Of a stretch of 64,000 nucleotides of DNA, positions 40,340 to 49,301 are shown one piece after another (the stretch's first letter is position 1; the number at the start of each line of letters is the position of its first letter). Source of the DNA: an uncultured candidate division Zixibacteria bacterium (GTDB taxonomy: Bacteria; Zixibacteria; MSB-5A5; UBA10806); contig CAWFQL010000017.1 in NCBI GenBank assembly GCA_963817915.1, positions 224,001 through 288,000 of the forward strand, read 5' to 3'. Position numbers and translations under genes: made by a program. Under the pieces are notes generated by a model, which worked only from the letters and a program-made list of their open reading frames with translations, was not told the origin of the DNA and did no database searches.

Positions 40340-41863
40340 AAAGCCTCCAGATGTAACGTAAGTGGTCTTATCCATCCAAATCATTGGAGCACCAGCCCGG
40401 AATGGGCGGCGGCCCCAGACCTTTATAGTAATTTATCATGTAGGTTATATCCATTAGATTTACCAGACAGTCCCCGTTGGAATCTGCTCTCAAGCGTGGC
40501 TCAGGAATTGGCTCAGCATGATATTTTATATAGTTTATCAAAAAGACAATGTCTAAACCGTTGGTTACGCCATCTGCGTTAACATCGCCCGGAAAATAAC
40601 TTGAAGCTACTCTGAAGACATCGGTCAGCACTTGCGTAGATGTCTTGGGATTCAGGATAATATCGCGACTCCCGGGCATTTTGAATTTTCTAATATATGA
40701 ATAATCGTTGGAAGCTCTGAATCTTAATATTTCATCCCAGGTATTATTGGCCGAAGATCTCAATATTGTAATATAAGACCCGGTGCACAACGCTATCTCG
40801 GATTCACTTTCTCCAGTGAAATTACCAACCAAGATATCACCGTCAGAATACCAATAACCCCTAAATCCTTGTCTATAAACTAATTCAAAATCATTATCAC
40901 CAACGGCTTCAAAAATAGAATAGGTTTGGCCGCTCAAAAAATTTTGAGCGACCATGAACTCATTATTGCCATCATGATCGGTATCTCCAATAAATTCGGA
41001 TGAATAGGCGTTAGGGCCTCCGGCGTTACCTTGCCATACGAATTCAAATGAATCATCAACCACATTTTCAAACATGATAATTTCTCCATGAATCCCGCCG
41101 GCAAATATCTCAATCCTGCCGTCTCCATCAATATCCCCCCAACTTGGTTCGCCTTCGTAATCATGCACGTAATCATCGAACCTTATTGCGGTTTTATATT
41201 CATATTCATGCTGGCTATTTATGCCATATACTTGATATCCAAGCCAAACTCTTCCATTAGGATAGAATAGAATTTCGTCCAGTCCATTATTGTCGACATC
41301 CCCTAACTTGGCGTCTAAAATGCAGTCGCAATTCTGCCCTATTGACCATATTATTGTGTCCGGATAGCTGTAATAATTGCGACTTTCATACAGGCCTAAT
41401 TGGAGGTGATTATACGTCAAAATCTCCATAAGACTGTCTCCATCAGTGTCGCCATAGGACATGACGGCTCCTATTTGGCCCCGATTAAGTATATCAAAAT
41501 TCCAAGGCGCAATCAATGTATCCAGATATAGAAATTCGCGGTACCAACCATATATCTCATCGGTACCTGAATGATTTAGGTCCGCTCGCTTCAAGTGCCG
41601 CATACCATGGAAGGTTGTCAATCTTTCGAAATAGTACCAGGGTTTGATAGCGTCATCAGTGGCTATTTCGGGCGGTAAAGGCTGACCATTATCCTGGCCG
41701 GATGGGCCTATCCAGTATGGCCTGATAAAACCGGTCTGCGGGTCTTTGATTTCTATTCTATTGCTATCCTGGCTGACAATCTCATATCCCGGCGGGATAT
41801 CAATCGCCATTGCCATGACAGGAATCAGCCATATTAAAAAAGCTTTCAGAAAGCCTCCAGATG
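38859..41863. repeat. Tandem direct duplication, unit ~1.51 kb
   Basis: Near-identical DNA blocks at both gene ends (e.g. 40250-40330 vs 41760-41840) with a more diverged centre. Confidence 0.85.
40368..41849 (-). CDS. Secreted FG-GAP/VCBS-like repeat protein with C-terminal dockerin (copy 2; probable CTG start)
   Basis: Collinear paralog of copy 1; same GGAGG and signal peptide, with CTG where copy 1 has TTG. Confidence 0.8.
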   Translation of the reverse strand: MKAFLIWLIPVMAMAIDIPPGYEIVSQDSNRIEIKDPQTGFIRPYWIGPSGQDNGQPLPPEIATDDAIKPWYYFERLTTFHGMRHLKRADLNHSGTDEIYGWYREFLYLDTLIAPWNFDILNRGQIGAVMSYGDTDGDSLMEILTYNHLQLGLYESRNYYSYPDTIIWSIGQNCDCILDAKLGDVDNNGLDEILFYPNGRVWLGYQVYGINSQHEYEYKTAIRFDDYVHDYEGEPSWGDIDGDGRIEIFAGGIHGEIIMFENVVDDSFEFVWQGNAGGPNAYSSEFIGDTDHDGNNEFMVAQNFLSGQTYSIFEAVGDNDFELVYRQGFRGYWYSDGDILVGNFTGESESEIALCTGSYITILRSSANNTWDEILRFRASNDYSYIRKFKMPGSRDIILNPKTSTQVLTDVFRVASSYFPGDVNADGVTNGLDIVFLINYIKYHAEPIPEPRLRADSNGDCLVNLMDITYMINYYKGLGPPPIPGWCSNDLDG

Positions 41864-41968
41864 TTTGTATAAATTTATTATCGGATCAAAGGCTTGTCAA
41901 GTGAAAAAGGAGGTAAAAATCCTTAATATGTATTGATTGAGTCATTTCTCCTAATGCTATTGAAGTTT

Positions 41969-43258
41969 TTAGCTATGATTTTGGCCTGTTATCAGGCGCG
42001 CGCCGCGCTTGCGTGTGATGTAATTCCAGGCCCATTGAAATAAGACAAGCATTTTGTTATCAAATTCAATCAAATAACCAATATGCACGAATACCCAGAT
42101 CACCCATGCAAGGAATCCGCTGAATTTTAATAATCCGAAATCCGCTACGGCCGCGTTTCGGCCTATGACAGCGAGATTACCCTTATTGAAATAATGAAAC
42201 GGCTCAGACGATTTCCCTTTGATCCGATTTAATATAAGATTCGCGGCGTATCGTCCTTCCTGCATAGCGACCGGGGCGGTGCCAGGTAACAAATTGCCTT
42301 TTTTGTCTTTAAGAACTGCAAGATCGCCGATAACGATAATTTCAGGATGTTTAGGCAATGATAAATCAGGTGATACGAATAGCCTTCCCGCCCTATCGAC
42401 CGTTGCTCCGGTCTGTGCCGCGATAATTTGTCCCAACGATGAAGCCTTAATCCCGGCTGCCCATAAAATGCATTTTGAATTGATGATTTCCTCTTTGTCA
42501 CCAGACTTAATCATCACACTGTCTGAACGAACATCGATCACCATTGTATTGGTCTTCACCGACACTCCAAGGCGATTTAATGATTTCTCTGCCTTGAAAG
42601 AAAGCGATTCAGGATATGACGGCAGTATTCGGGACGCGCCTTCTATGAGATAGATTTTTGTATCCGCGGGATTTATATTTCGAAAATCATCTTTCAAAGT
42701 CTTAAATGCCAATTCGCCAAGCGCCCCTGCCAATTCGACACCGGTCGGGCCCCCGCCAATCACTATAAATGTCATCCATGCGGCTCTCATGGATGAATCT
42801 TTTTCTTTCTCGGCATTTTCATACATCTGGAAAATATGGCTTCTGATATTGATGGCGTCCTCGATTGTCTTAAGGCCGGGAGCGATTTTAGACCATTGAT
42901 CGTTGCCGAAGTAATGATGAGATGAGCCTGCCGATACGATCAACGAATCGTATGGATATTTATCATCGTCAACCAGCACATATTTTGCAGCAGTATCGAT
43001 AAATTTGGCTTCTCCCTGAATTACTCTGATATTCTTATAACGGTTGAGCACGGCGCGAAGAGGAGAGGCGATATCACCGGGTGATAATCCACCGGTTGCC
43101 ACCTGATATAGAAGCGGCTGAAATAAATGGAAATTTCGCTTATCGATAATTGTCACTTCGACTGGTTTGTCACCCAAAGTCTTGGCGGCATACAAACCGC
43201 CGAATCCTCCGCCGATAATAACCACTCGATGCCAGCTTTTATTTTCCTTAATATCCAT
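41969..43258 (-). CDS. ndh: Type II NADH:quinone oxidoreductase
   Basis: GGGFGG, HLFQPLLYQVATG, GGGPTGVELAG, APVAMQEG. Confidence 0.9.
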   Translation of the reverse strand: MDIKENKSWHRVVIIGGGFGGLYAAKTLGDKPVEVTIIDKRNFHLFQPLLYQVATGGLSPGDIASPLRAVLNRYKNIRVIQGEAKFIDTAAKYVLVDDDKYPYDSLIVSAGSSHHYFGNDQWSKIAPGLKTIEDAINIRSHIFQMYENAEKEKDSSMRAAWMTFIVIGGGPTGVELAGALGELAFKTLKDDFRNINPADTKIYLIEGASRILPSYPESLSFKAEKSLNRLGVSVKTNTMVIDVRSDSVMIKSGDKEEIINSKCILWAAGIKASSLGQIIAAQTGATVDRAGRLFVSPDLSLPKHPEIIVIGDLAVLKDKKGNLLPGTAPVAMQEGRYAANLILNRIKGKSSEPFHYFNKGNLAVIGRNAAVADFGLLKFSGFLAWVIWVFVHIGYLIEFDNKMLVLFQWAWNYITRKRGARLITGQNHS

Positions 43259-43309
43259 AAACTATGACTTGAACCAAATGCTATGAAGTGCTGTTCCCTG
43301 ATGAAGAAA

Positions 43310-44584
43310 TCAGATTTTGTTACTTATCATCTTAGCGCCGGAAATTCCCGCGAGGTAGCCGCTCGAGAATGCCCATTGCAGATTGAAGCCGCCCGTAGGC
43401 CCGTCGATATCGATTGTCTCACCCGCGAAGAATAACCCGTTAACAATTTTGCTTTCAAGCGTATTAGGGTTGATCTCTCTGATGTCGATGCCGCCACGGG
43501 TTGCCATAGCGTGCTGGAATCCCTCGCTTTTCGCGATATGCAATCGATGAGCCATGATCGATGATATCAATGACTGCATTTGCGGTTTTGTGAGATCGGC
43601 TACACGCTTGTCGGCAAGATTGCCTGCCTGATTACAGAGTATTTCGGCCAATGATGACGGTAGATATTGATCTATGATGTTTTTTGCCAATTTCTTTGGG
43701 GAATCCAATCTCGCCTGATTTATTTTGTTTTGCCATTGTTCCGCGGAAATATCCGGCGCGAAATCTATCCGAATCGGAACAGGATTTTTCTGGAGAAGTA
43801 ATTCCGCGACATCGCCTGAAATATCATGAACAACAGGCCCGGATAATCCTCGGTGAGTAAATACAAGATCGCCTGTAACTCCCGTCTTGTTTTGTTTAGG
43901 CAAATCGATCCAGATTCGAGCGGGCGAAATCGAAACTCCGGCGCATCTGCCCGGCCAATTTTCTCTCGCAATCAGAGGGACAAGGGCAGGCGTAGGGCTG
44001 ACAATTCTATGCCCGGAATCGGCGGCCATTTGATACCCATCGCCGGTCGCGCCTAAATGAGGATATCCTTTTCCGCCCGACGCAATTACAACAAATTTCG
44101 ATTTAATATCTCCATTCGACGAAATCACGCCGACGATTTTGCTGTTGGATATTTTTAATTTTTCGATACGCGTATTGTAGAAGATGCTAATACTTAAAGC
44201 CAGACATCGATTTTCTAAAGCATCCCGAACAGTTTTCGCCGAATCGGTCACCGGAAAGACATGATAGCCATCTTCAGCGATTGTCCTGACATTAATATTT
44301 GCTAAATATTTGATCAACGCTTTCGAATCGAATGACGAAATAGCGGGACGCATAAATTTGCCATGTTTTCCAAAGCGATTTAGAAACTCATAGTTTTGCA
44401 AGGTGTTGGTGATATTGCATCTGCCCCCGCCGGTTGCCAGAAGCTTAGTGCCTGACTGCTTGAGATATTCACAGATGATTACTCTGGCGCCATTTTCGGC
44501 GGCTGCGATTGCTGCCATTAATCCAGCGGGCCCCGCACCAATGACTACTACATCAGTCGATTCAATTTTGCTTTTCCTAATCAC
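43310..44584 (-). CDS. HI0933/BaiN-family flavoprotein
   Basis: GAGPAG, KLLATGGGRCNITN, GPTGGFNLQWAFSSG. Confidence 0.9.
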   Translation of the reverse strand: MIRKSKIESTDVVVIGAGPAGLMAAIAAAENGARVIICEYLKQSGTKLLATGGGRCNITNTLQNYEFLNRFGKHGKFMRPAISSFDSKALIKYLANINVRTIAEDGYHVFPVTDSAKTVRDALENRCLALSISIFYNTRIEKLKISNSKIVGVISSNGDIKSKFVVIASGGKGYPHLGATGDGYQMAADSGHRIVSPTPALVPLIARENWPGRCAGVSISPARIWIDLPKQNKTGVTGDLVFTHRGLSGPVVHDISGDVAELLLQKNPVPIRIDFAPDISAEQWQNKINQARLDSPKKLAKNIIDQYLPSSLAEILCNQAGNLADKRVADLTKPQMQSLISSIMAHRLHIAKSEGFQHAMATRGGIDIREINPNTLESKIVNGLFFAGETIDIDGPTGGFNLQWAFSSGYLAGISGAKMISNKI

Positions 44585-44622
44585 GAACAGATTATGACTA
44601 AATCCTGCAATGAGAGCAATAT

Positions 44623-44647
44623 AAAAAGAGGCCTCGAACGGCCTCTT
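44623..44647 (-). terminator. Intrinsic terminator after the malic enzyme gene
   Basis: AAGAGGCC-TCGAAC-GGCCTCTT with an A-tract on the left (U-tail on the minus strand). Confidence 0.65.
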
Positions 44648-44684
44648 GGAAATTTAGCATTCAAAGTCAGGGGCAGGTGTGATT

Positions 44685-46406
44685 CTAAATTCGTGCCCTT
44701 CTATACGGATAGTAATGGGGAATCCACATAGCTTTTCTAATCAATTCAGCCAGCCGTTCATCGGATACGATCATTCCAAGCCCCTCATCGCGGGCCTGCT
44801 TGGCCACTGCCATAGCGACATTAAAGGAAACTTCGCGAATATTATCGAGCGATGGCAATAGCTGACCTTCAGCTTTTTGCTGCGATGTAACCATTTCTGA
44901 TACCGCCTTGCTGGCGGCAGAAAACATGCTATTGGTGATCTTAGACGCCTGGCAGACAAGCGCTCCCAAGCCCATTCCGGGAAAGATGTACAGATTATTA
45001 CATTGAGAGCAAAATACCTTCTTGCCGTCCGGCCCCACAAATGGCTCAAACGGGCTTCCTGTCGCGATAAGCGCCTTTCCCTTGGTGGCTTTATAGATTG
45101 TTTCCGGCGACGCTTCGCATCTGGCCGTGGGATTGGAAAGCGCGAATACAATGGGACGTTCAGTATGCGACGATAATTCCTGCAATAAGGCATTATCGAA
45201 CGCTCCGGGTTGCGCCGATAGCCCGATCAGAATTGTCGCCCTGGAATATTTAATAACTTCCGCGAGATTCGGCGCGCGATCTTTGGGTATTGACCAATTT
45301 GCTATCGTCTCTTTAGGTTGTAGGAAATATTTTTGATAAGGATCGTCGGTGGAGCCTTCGATTAAAAGGCCGTTTTTATCGACCGCGAAAATTTGCCTCT
45401 TCCCCTGGCTCAACGGTGTGCCGTCTTCGCTTTGCATCAGATTAATAATGGCATTGGCGACTCCGCTCCCCGCCTGGCCAAATCCATAAATCACGATTCG
45501 TTCATTGGAAAGCGGGCAGCCCTTGATTTTGACAGCTGTTCTGAGTGCGGTCGCGGCGATAGCCCCGGTACCCTGGATATCATCATTGAAGCTCAATATT
45601 CTCTCCGAGTAGCGATTGAGAATTGTCATGGCATGGTCCTTGCCGAAATCCTCCCATTGGATCAAAGCTTTTGGGAAAACTCGCTGGACACCCTGAATCA
45701 TCCGCTCGATAACATCGAAGTAAGCTTCGCCGCTCAATCGTTTTTTGCGCACTCCGATATAAAGCGGATCATTCAACAGCTTCTCATTATTGGTGCCGAC
45801 ATCCACGCAGATTGGCAAAGTCGATGCCGGATGAATTCCTGCCGCGGCTATATATAAAGCTATTTTGCCAATTGGAATTCCCATGCCATCCGCTCCCAAA
45901 TCGCCGTAGCCAAGAATCCGTTCCCCGTCGGTCGCGACTATCAGGGAGATATTGGGCAATCCAATATTTTGGAGAATCTGCTCGATAGAATTTACATTCT
46001 TGGGTGTGACATAGATGCCCCGGAAGTGGCGAATAATATGGGACAACTCCAAGCATGCCAGGCCGACTGTGGGCGTATAGACAATTGGCAGCATTTCCTC
46101 GATATGACGGCTCAATAACGCGAAATATACTGTCTCATTACGATCGCGCAGGGCCATTAAATTGACATATTTCTCGAGATCGGTAGCTTTGGATTTATAA
46201 ATACCATAATTTCTATCGATCTGTTCTTCAAGTGTGCCAATCGTGTCCGGCATCAATCCGACCAAATCCAGCTCGACTCTTTCAGCCAGCGGAAATGAAT
46301 GTCCTTTGTTTAGCAAGGGATCCTGCAAGAGCGGCCGACCGGACAAAAACACATTGTAATATATTTCGTGGGTCAGGGGATCCACGCGCATTTCAAATCG
46401 TTTCAT
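44685..46406 (-). CDS. maeA: NAD-dependent malic enzyme
   Basis: PIVYTPTVG, ATDGERILG.GDLG, QWEDF, FNDDIQGT, ALSNPT. Confidence 0.9.
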   Translation of the reverse strand: MKRFEMRVDPLTHEIYYNVFLSGRPLLQDPLLNKGHSFPLAERVELDLVGLMPDTIGTLEEQIDRNYGIYKSKATDLEKYVNLMALRDRNETVYFALLSRHIEEMLPIVYTPTVGLACLELSHIIRHFRGIYVTPKNVNSIEQILQNIGLPNISLIVATDGERILGYGDLGADGMGIPIGKIALYIAAAGIHPASTLPICVDVGTNNEKLLNDPLYIGVRKKRLSGEAYFDVIERMIQGVQRVFPKALIQWEDFGKDHAMTILNRYSERILSFNDDIQGTGAIAATALRTAVKIKGCPLSNERIVIYGFGQAGSGVANAIINLMQSEDGTPLSQGKRQIFAVDKNGLLIEGSTDDPYQKYFLQPKETIANWSIPKDRAPNLAEVIKYSRATILIGLSAQPGAFDNALLQELSSHTERPIVFALSNPTARCEASPETIYKATKGKALIATGSPFEPFVGPDGKKVFCSQCNNLYIFPGMGLGALVCQASKITNSMFSAASKAVSEMVTSQQKAEGQLLPSLDNIREVSFNVAMAVAKQARDEGLGMIVSDERLAELIRKAMWIPHYYPYRRARI

Positions 46407-46787
46407 TAATAGAGCTCCTTAAATTGAAAAAATCACTTATTGTGAAAAATAATGCTGATTATTACTCAGCATTAATTGTCAGAAATGCTGCCAATGGGGT
46501 ATATCATCTAAAATATCTTTGCAAAAGGCTCGCATTTCTCCAACCCATCATCTACCCATTATTGCATATTATCTTTTTTAATTTCAATGTCAATTTTAAA
46601 CTTATTTTATTGTTTCGGCGTTATCGCTAATTGGCACTGATTTAATATCTGGAAAAAGCATTGTGTATATCGTACAACTATTCTTGAGAAAGGTTGAAGT
46701 ATGCGCACCCAAACGCCGATTACCATAACAGCTTGCAATAATCGCGGGTAAATTGAAAATAGCCATTTAATAATAAAGGATGGGAAA

Positions 46788-47711
46788 ATGCCATTAGTGC
46801 CACTGAATGAAATATACTCGGATGCCAACAAGAAATTTTATGCGATTGGCCAATTTAATGTCAATGATCTGGAGTTCGTGCAGGCGGCATTAGAGGCGGC
46901 CGAAGAGCTGAAATCGCCCGCGATATTGGCGGCTTCCACAAGCGCGCAGAAATTCGCGGGGCTCGATTATCTTTCCGCCATTGTGAAGACGGGTGCGAAA
47001 AAGGTCTCTGTTCCGATTGCGCTGCATCTCGATCACGGGGCGACTTTCGATGACGCCGAAAAGTGTATCGAGGCCGGATTCACATCGGTGATGATCGATG
47101 GGTCCCATCTATCATTGGATGAGAATATCAAACTGACTCGCCAGGTAGTCGAGCTTGCCCACAAGCATAATGTCACGGTCGAGGCCGAGCTCGGCAGACT
47201 TGGCGGAATAGAAGATGAAATCAAGGTCGATGCCCACGAGGCCAATCTGACCGATCCCGATGACGCGGAACGTTTCATCAAAGAAACAGGTTGTGATTCT
47301 TTGGCTATAGCCGTGGGTACAAGCCATGGCGCCTATAAATTCAAGGGAGAAGCGAAACTTGATTTTAATCGCATCGAGATAATCAAAAAACGTCTGGGGA
47401 TACCCCTGGTACTTCATGGAGCCAGCGGAGTGCCGGAAGAACTGATAAATAAACTCACTAAATACGGCGGCAAGGTCCCCGGCGCGAAAGGCGTGCCGGA
47501 TGATGCCTATCGTGAGGCCATCAAACGAGGGATTAATAAAATAAATATCGATACCGATTTGAGACTGGCATTTACGGCCTCGATCAGGGAGACATTTGCC
47601 ACTAAGCCGGAAGAATTCGATCCCAGGAAAATACTCGGTCCGGCCCGGCAGGCTGTTAAAGATATTATTAAACAAAAGATTCAATTATTCGGGAGCGCAG
47701 GAAGGGCATAA
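46788..47711 (+). CDS. fba: Class II fructose-1,6-bisphosphate aldolase
   Basis: LHLDHG, GFTSVMIDGS, GTSHGAYK, LVLHGAS, KINIDTD. Confidence 0.95.
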   Translation: MPLVPLNEIYSDANKKFYAIGQFNVNDLEFVQAALEAAEELKSPAILAASTSAQKFAGLDYLSAIVKTGAKKVSVPIALHLDHGATFDDAEKCIEAGFTSVMIDGSHLSLDENIKLTRQVVELAHKHNVTVEAELGRLGGIEDEIKVDAHEANLTDPDDAERFIKETGCDSLAIAVGTSHGAYKFKGEAKLDFNRIEIIKKRLGIPLVLHGASGVPEELINKLTKYGGKVPGAKGVPDDAYREAIKRGINKINIDTDLRLAFTASIRETFATKPEEFDPRKILGPARQAVKDIIKQKIQLFGSAGRA

Positions 47712-47722
47712 TTGGGGGCAAA

Positions 47723-49240
47723 ATGAACAAAGGTTTAAATATCGCATCCTACGGTGAGAATGTGACAATCTCAAAACAAAAGAAGGCGTCAGGTAAAAGC
47801 GGGGAATTTAATTACAACGAGAGTTTTGTCAAAGACAACACGATAAAGCTCGACATCACCTATATTTTGAATTCGCCGGAGAAATATCCATTTATATCGA
47901 AAGATGATTTTGACCGGATCGCCCCCGAAGTAATAAAAAACCATATTCTCCTTTCCGAGGGAAAAGGCGATTGTATGGATGGCAATATCTCGATGCTTGG
48001 CTGGCAAAGCTTTCCCGATGAAATCGCCAATAGCCATCTCGATGATATTACCAATACCGCGAGGACGCTTTCAAATAAAATCGACGCCTTTGTATCATTG
48101 GGCATCGGCGGCTCATATCTCGGAATCGAAGCGACATTCAAAGCCTTGACTCATAATTATTACAATCAGCTTTCCCGCGAAGATCGCGGGGGATTGCCGG
48201 AATTCTACTTCCTGGGCCAGAATATGGACCCCGACTATTTCAGAGATACGCTCGATATGCTCAAAGGCAAAAGAGTAGCAATCAATGTTATATCCAAATC
48301 TGGTACTACTACCGAAACTGCAATCGCATTTAGAATAATGCGTGACTTGATAGAAAAATGGGCTGGCGATAAATCATCGGAATATATTTTTGCCACTACC
48401 GATAAGGCGAGGGGAGCGTTGAAAAAGCTCGCAGATGAAAAACGGTATAAGACTTATGTCGTGCCCGATGATATCGGCGGAAGATTTTCGGTTTTGACCG
48501 ATGTTGGCCTTTTCAGCCTGGCAGTTGGCGGCATCGATATTTATGAATTTGTCGCCGGATTTCGGCATATGAAAAAGATCGTATCCACTGATAATTTCAT
48601 GACAAATCCCTCGATGGTTCATGCCGCTATCAGGCATCTGGCCTTCACAAAAGGCAAGAAAATCGATGTTGTCGCTGCCAACTCAGCTTCAATCTATCAA
48701 CTGACCAGATGGATGGAGCAACTATTCCCTGAAAGTGAAGGGCATGAGGGGCATGGCATGTGGGTATCGCCGACGATGTATTCCGAGAAGCTCCATGCCA
48801 ATGGCCAGATGGTGCAGGATGGCGAAAGAGATATTCTCGAAACATTCATCAGGCTTCTGAATCATGACAACTCCATTTCAATTCCGTCGGATCAATCGAA
48901 TCTCGATGGGCTGAATTATCTTTCTGATGGTGGCAAAAATATGAATTTCGTCAATAATATCGTAGTCGATGCTCCAGCCTATGCGCATTTTCAGGGCGGA
49001 GTCCCGAACATGATCATCGATTTTCCCAGACGAAACGCCTTCAATATCGGCCAATTGTACTATATGATGGAAAAATCGGTGGCTCTCTCGGGATATTTGA
49101 TGGGTCATAATCCATTTACCCAGCCCGGAGTCGAGGCTTACAAAAAGGCAATGTTTGCTATGGCAGGGAAGCCCGGAAGCGAAAAAGACAAATCTACGCT
49201 TGATGCCTCAATAAAAAGGCTAAAACGCATCATAATCTGA
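47723..49240 (+). CDS. pgi: Glucose-6-phosphate isomerase
   Basis: GIGGSYLG, SKSGTTTET, DIGGRFSVL, PFTQPGVEAYK. Confidence 0.95.
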   Translation: MNKGLNIASYGENVTISKQKKASGKSGEFNYNESFVKDNTIKLDITYILNSPEKYPFISKDDFDRIAPEVIKNHILLSEGKGDCMDGNISMLGWQSFPDEIANSHLDDITNTARTLSNKIDAFVSLGIGGSYLGIEATFKALTHNYYNQLSREDRGGLPEFYFLGQNMDPDYFRDTLDMLKGKRVAINVISKSGTTTETAIAFRIMRDLIEKWAGDKSSEYIFATTDKARGALKKLADEKRYKTYVVPDDIGGRFSVLTDVGLFSLAVGGIDIYEFVAGFRHMKKIVSTDNFMTNPSMVHAAIRHLAFTKGKKIDVVAANSASIYQLTRWMEQLFPESEGHEGHGMWVSPTMYSEKLHANGQMVQDGERDILETFIRLLNHDNSISIPSDQSNLDGLNYLSDGGKNMNFVNNIVVDAPAYAHFQGGVPNMIIDFPRRNAFNIGQLYYMMEKSVALSGYLMGHNPFTQPGVEAYKKAMFAMAGKPGSEKDKSTLDASIKRLKRIII

Positions 49241-49301
49241 AAAATCTTCCGATAATACAATTGAAGATTGAATATATGATGTTTATTTAATATTGGGGGA
49301 T

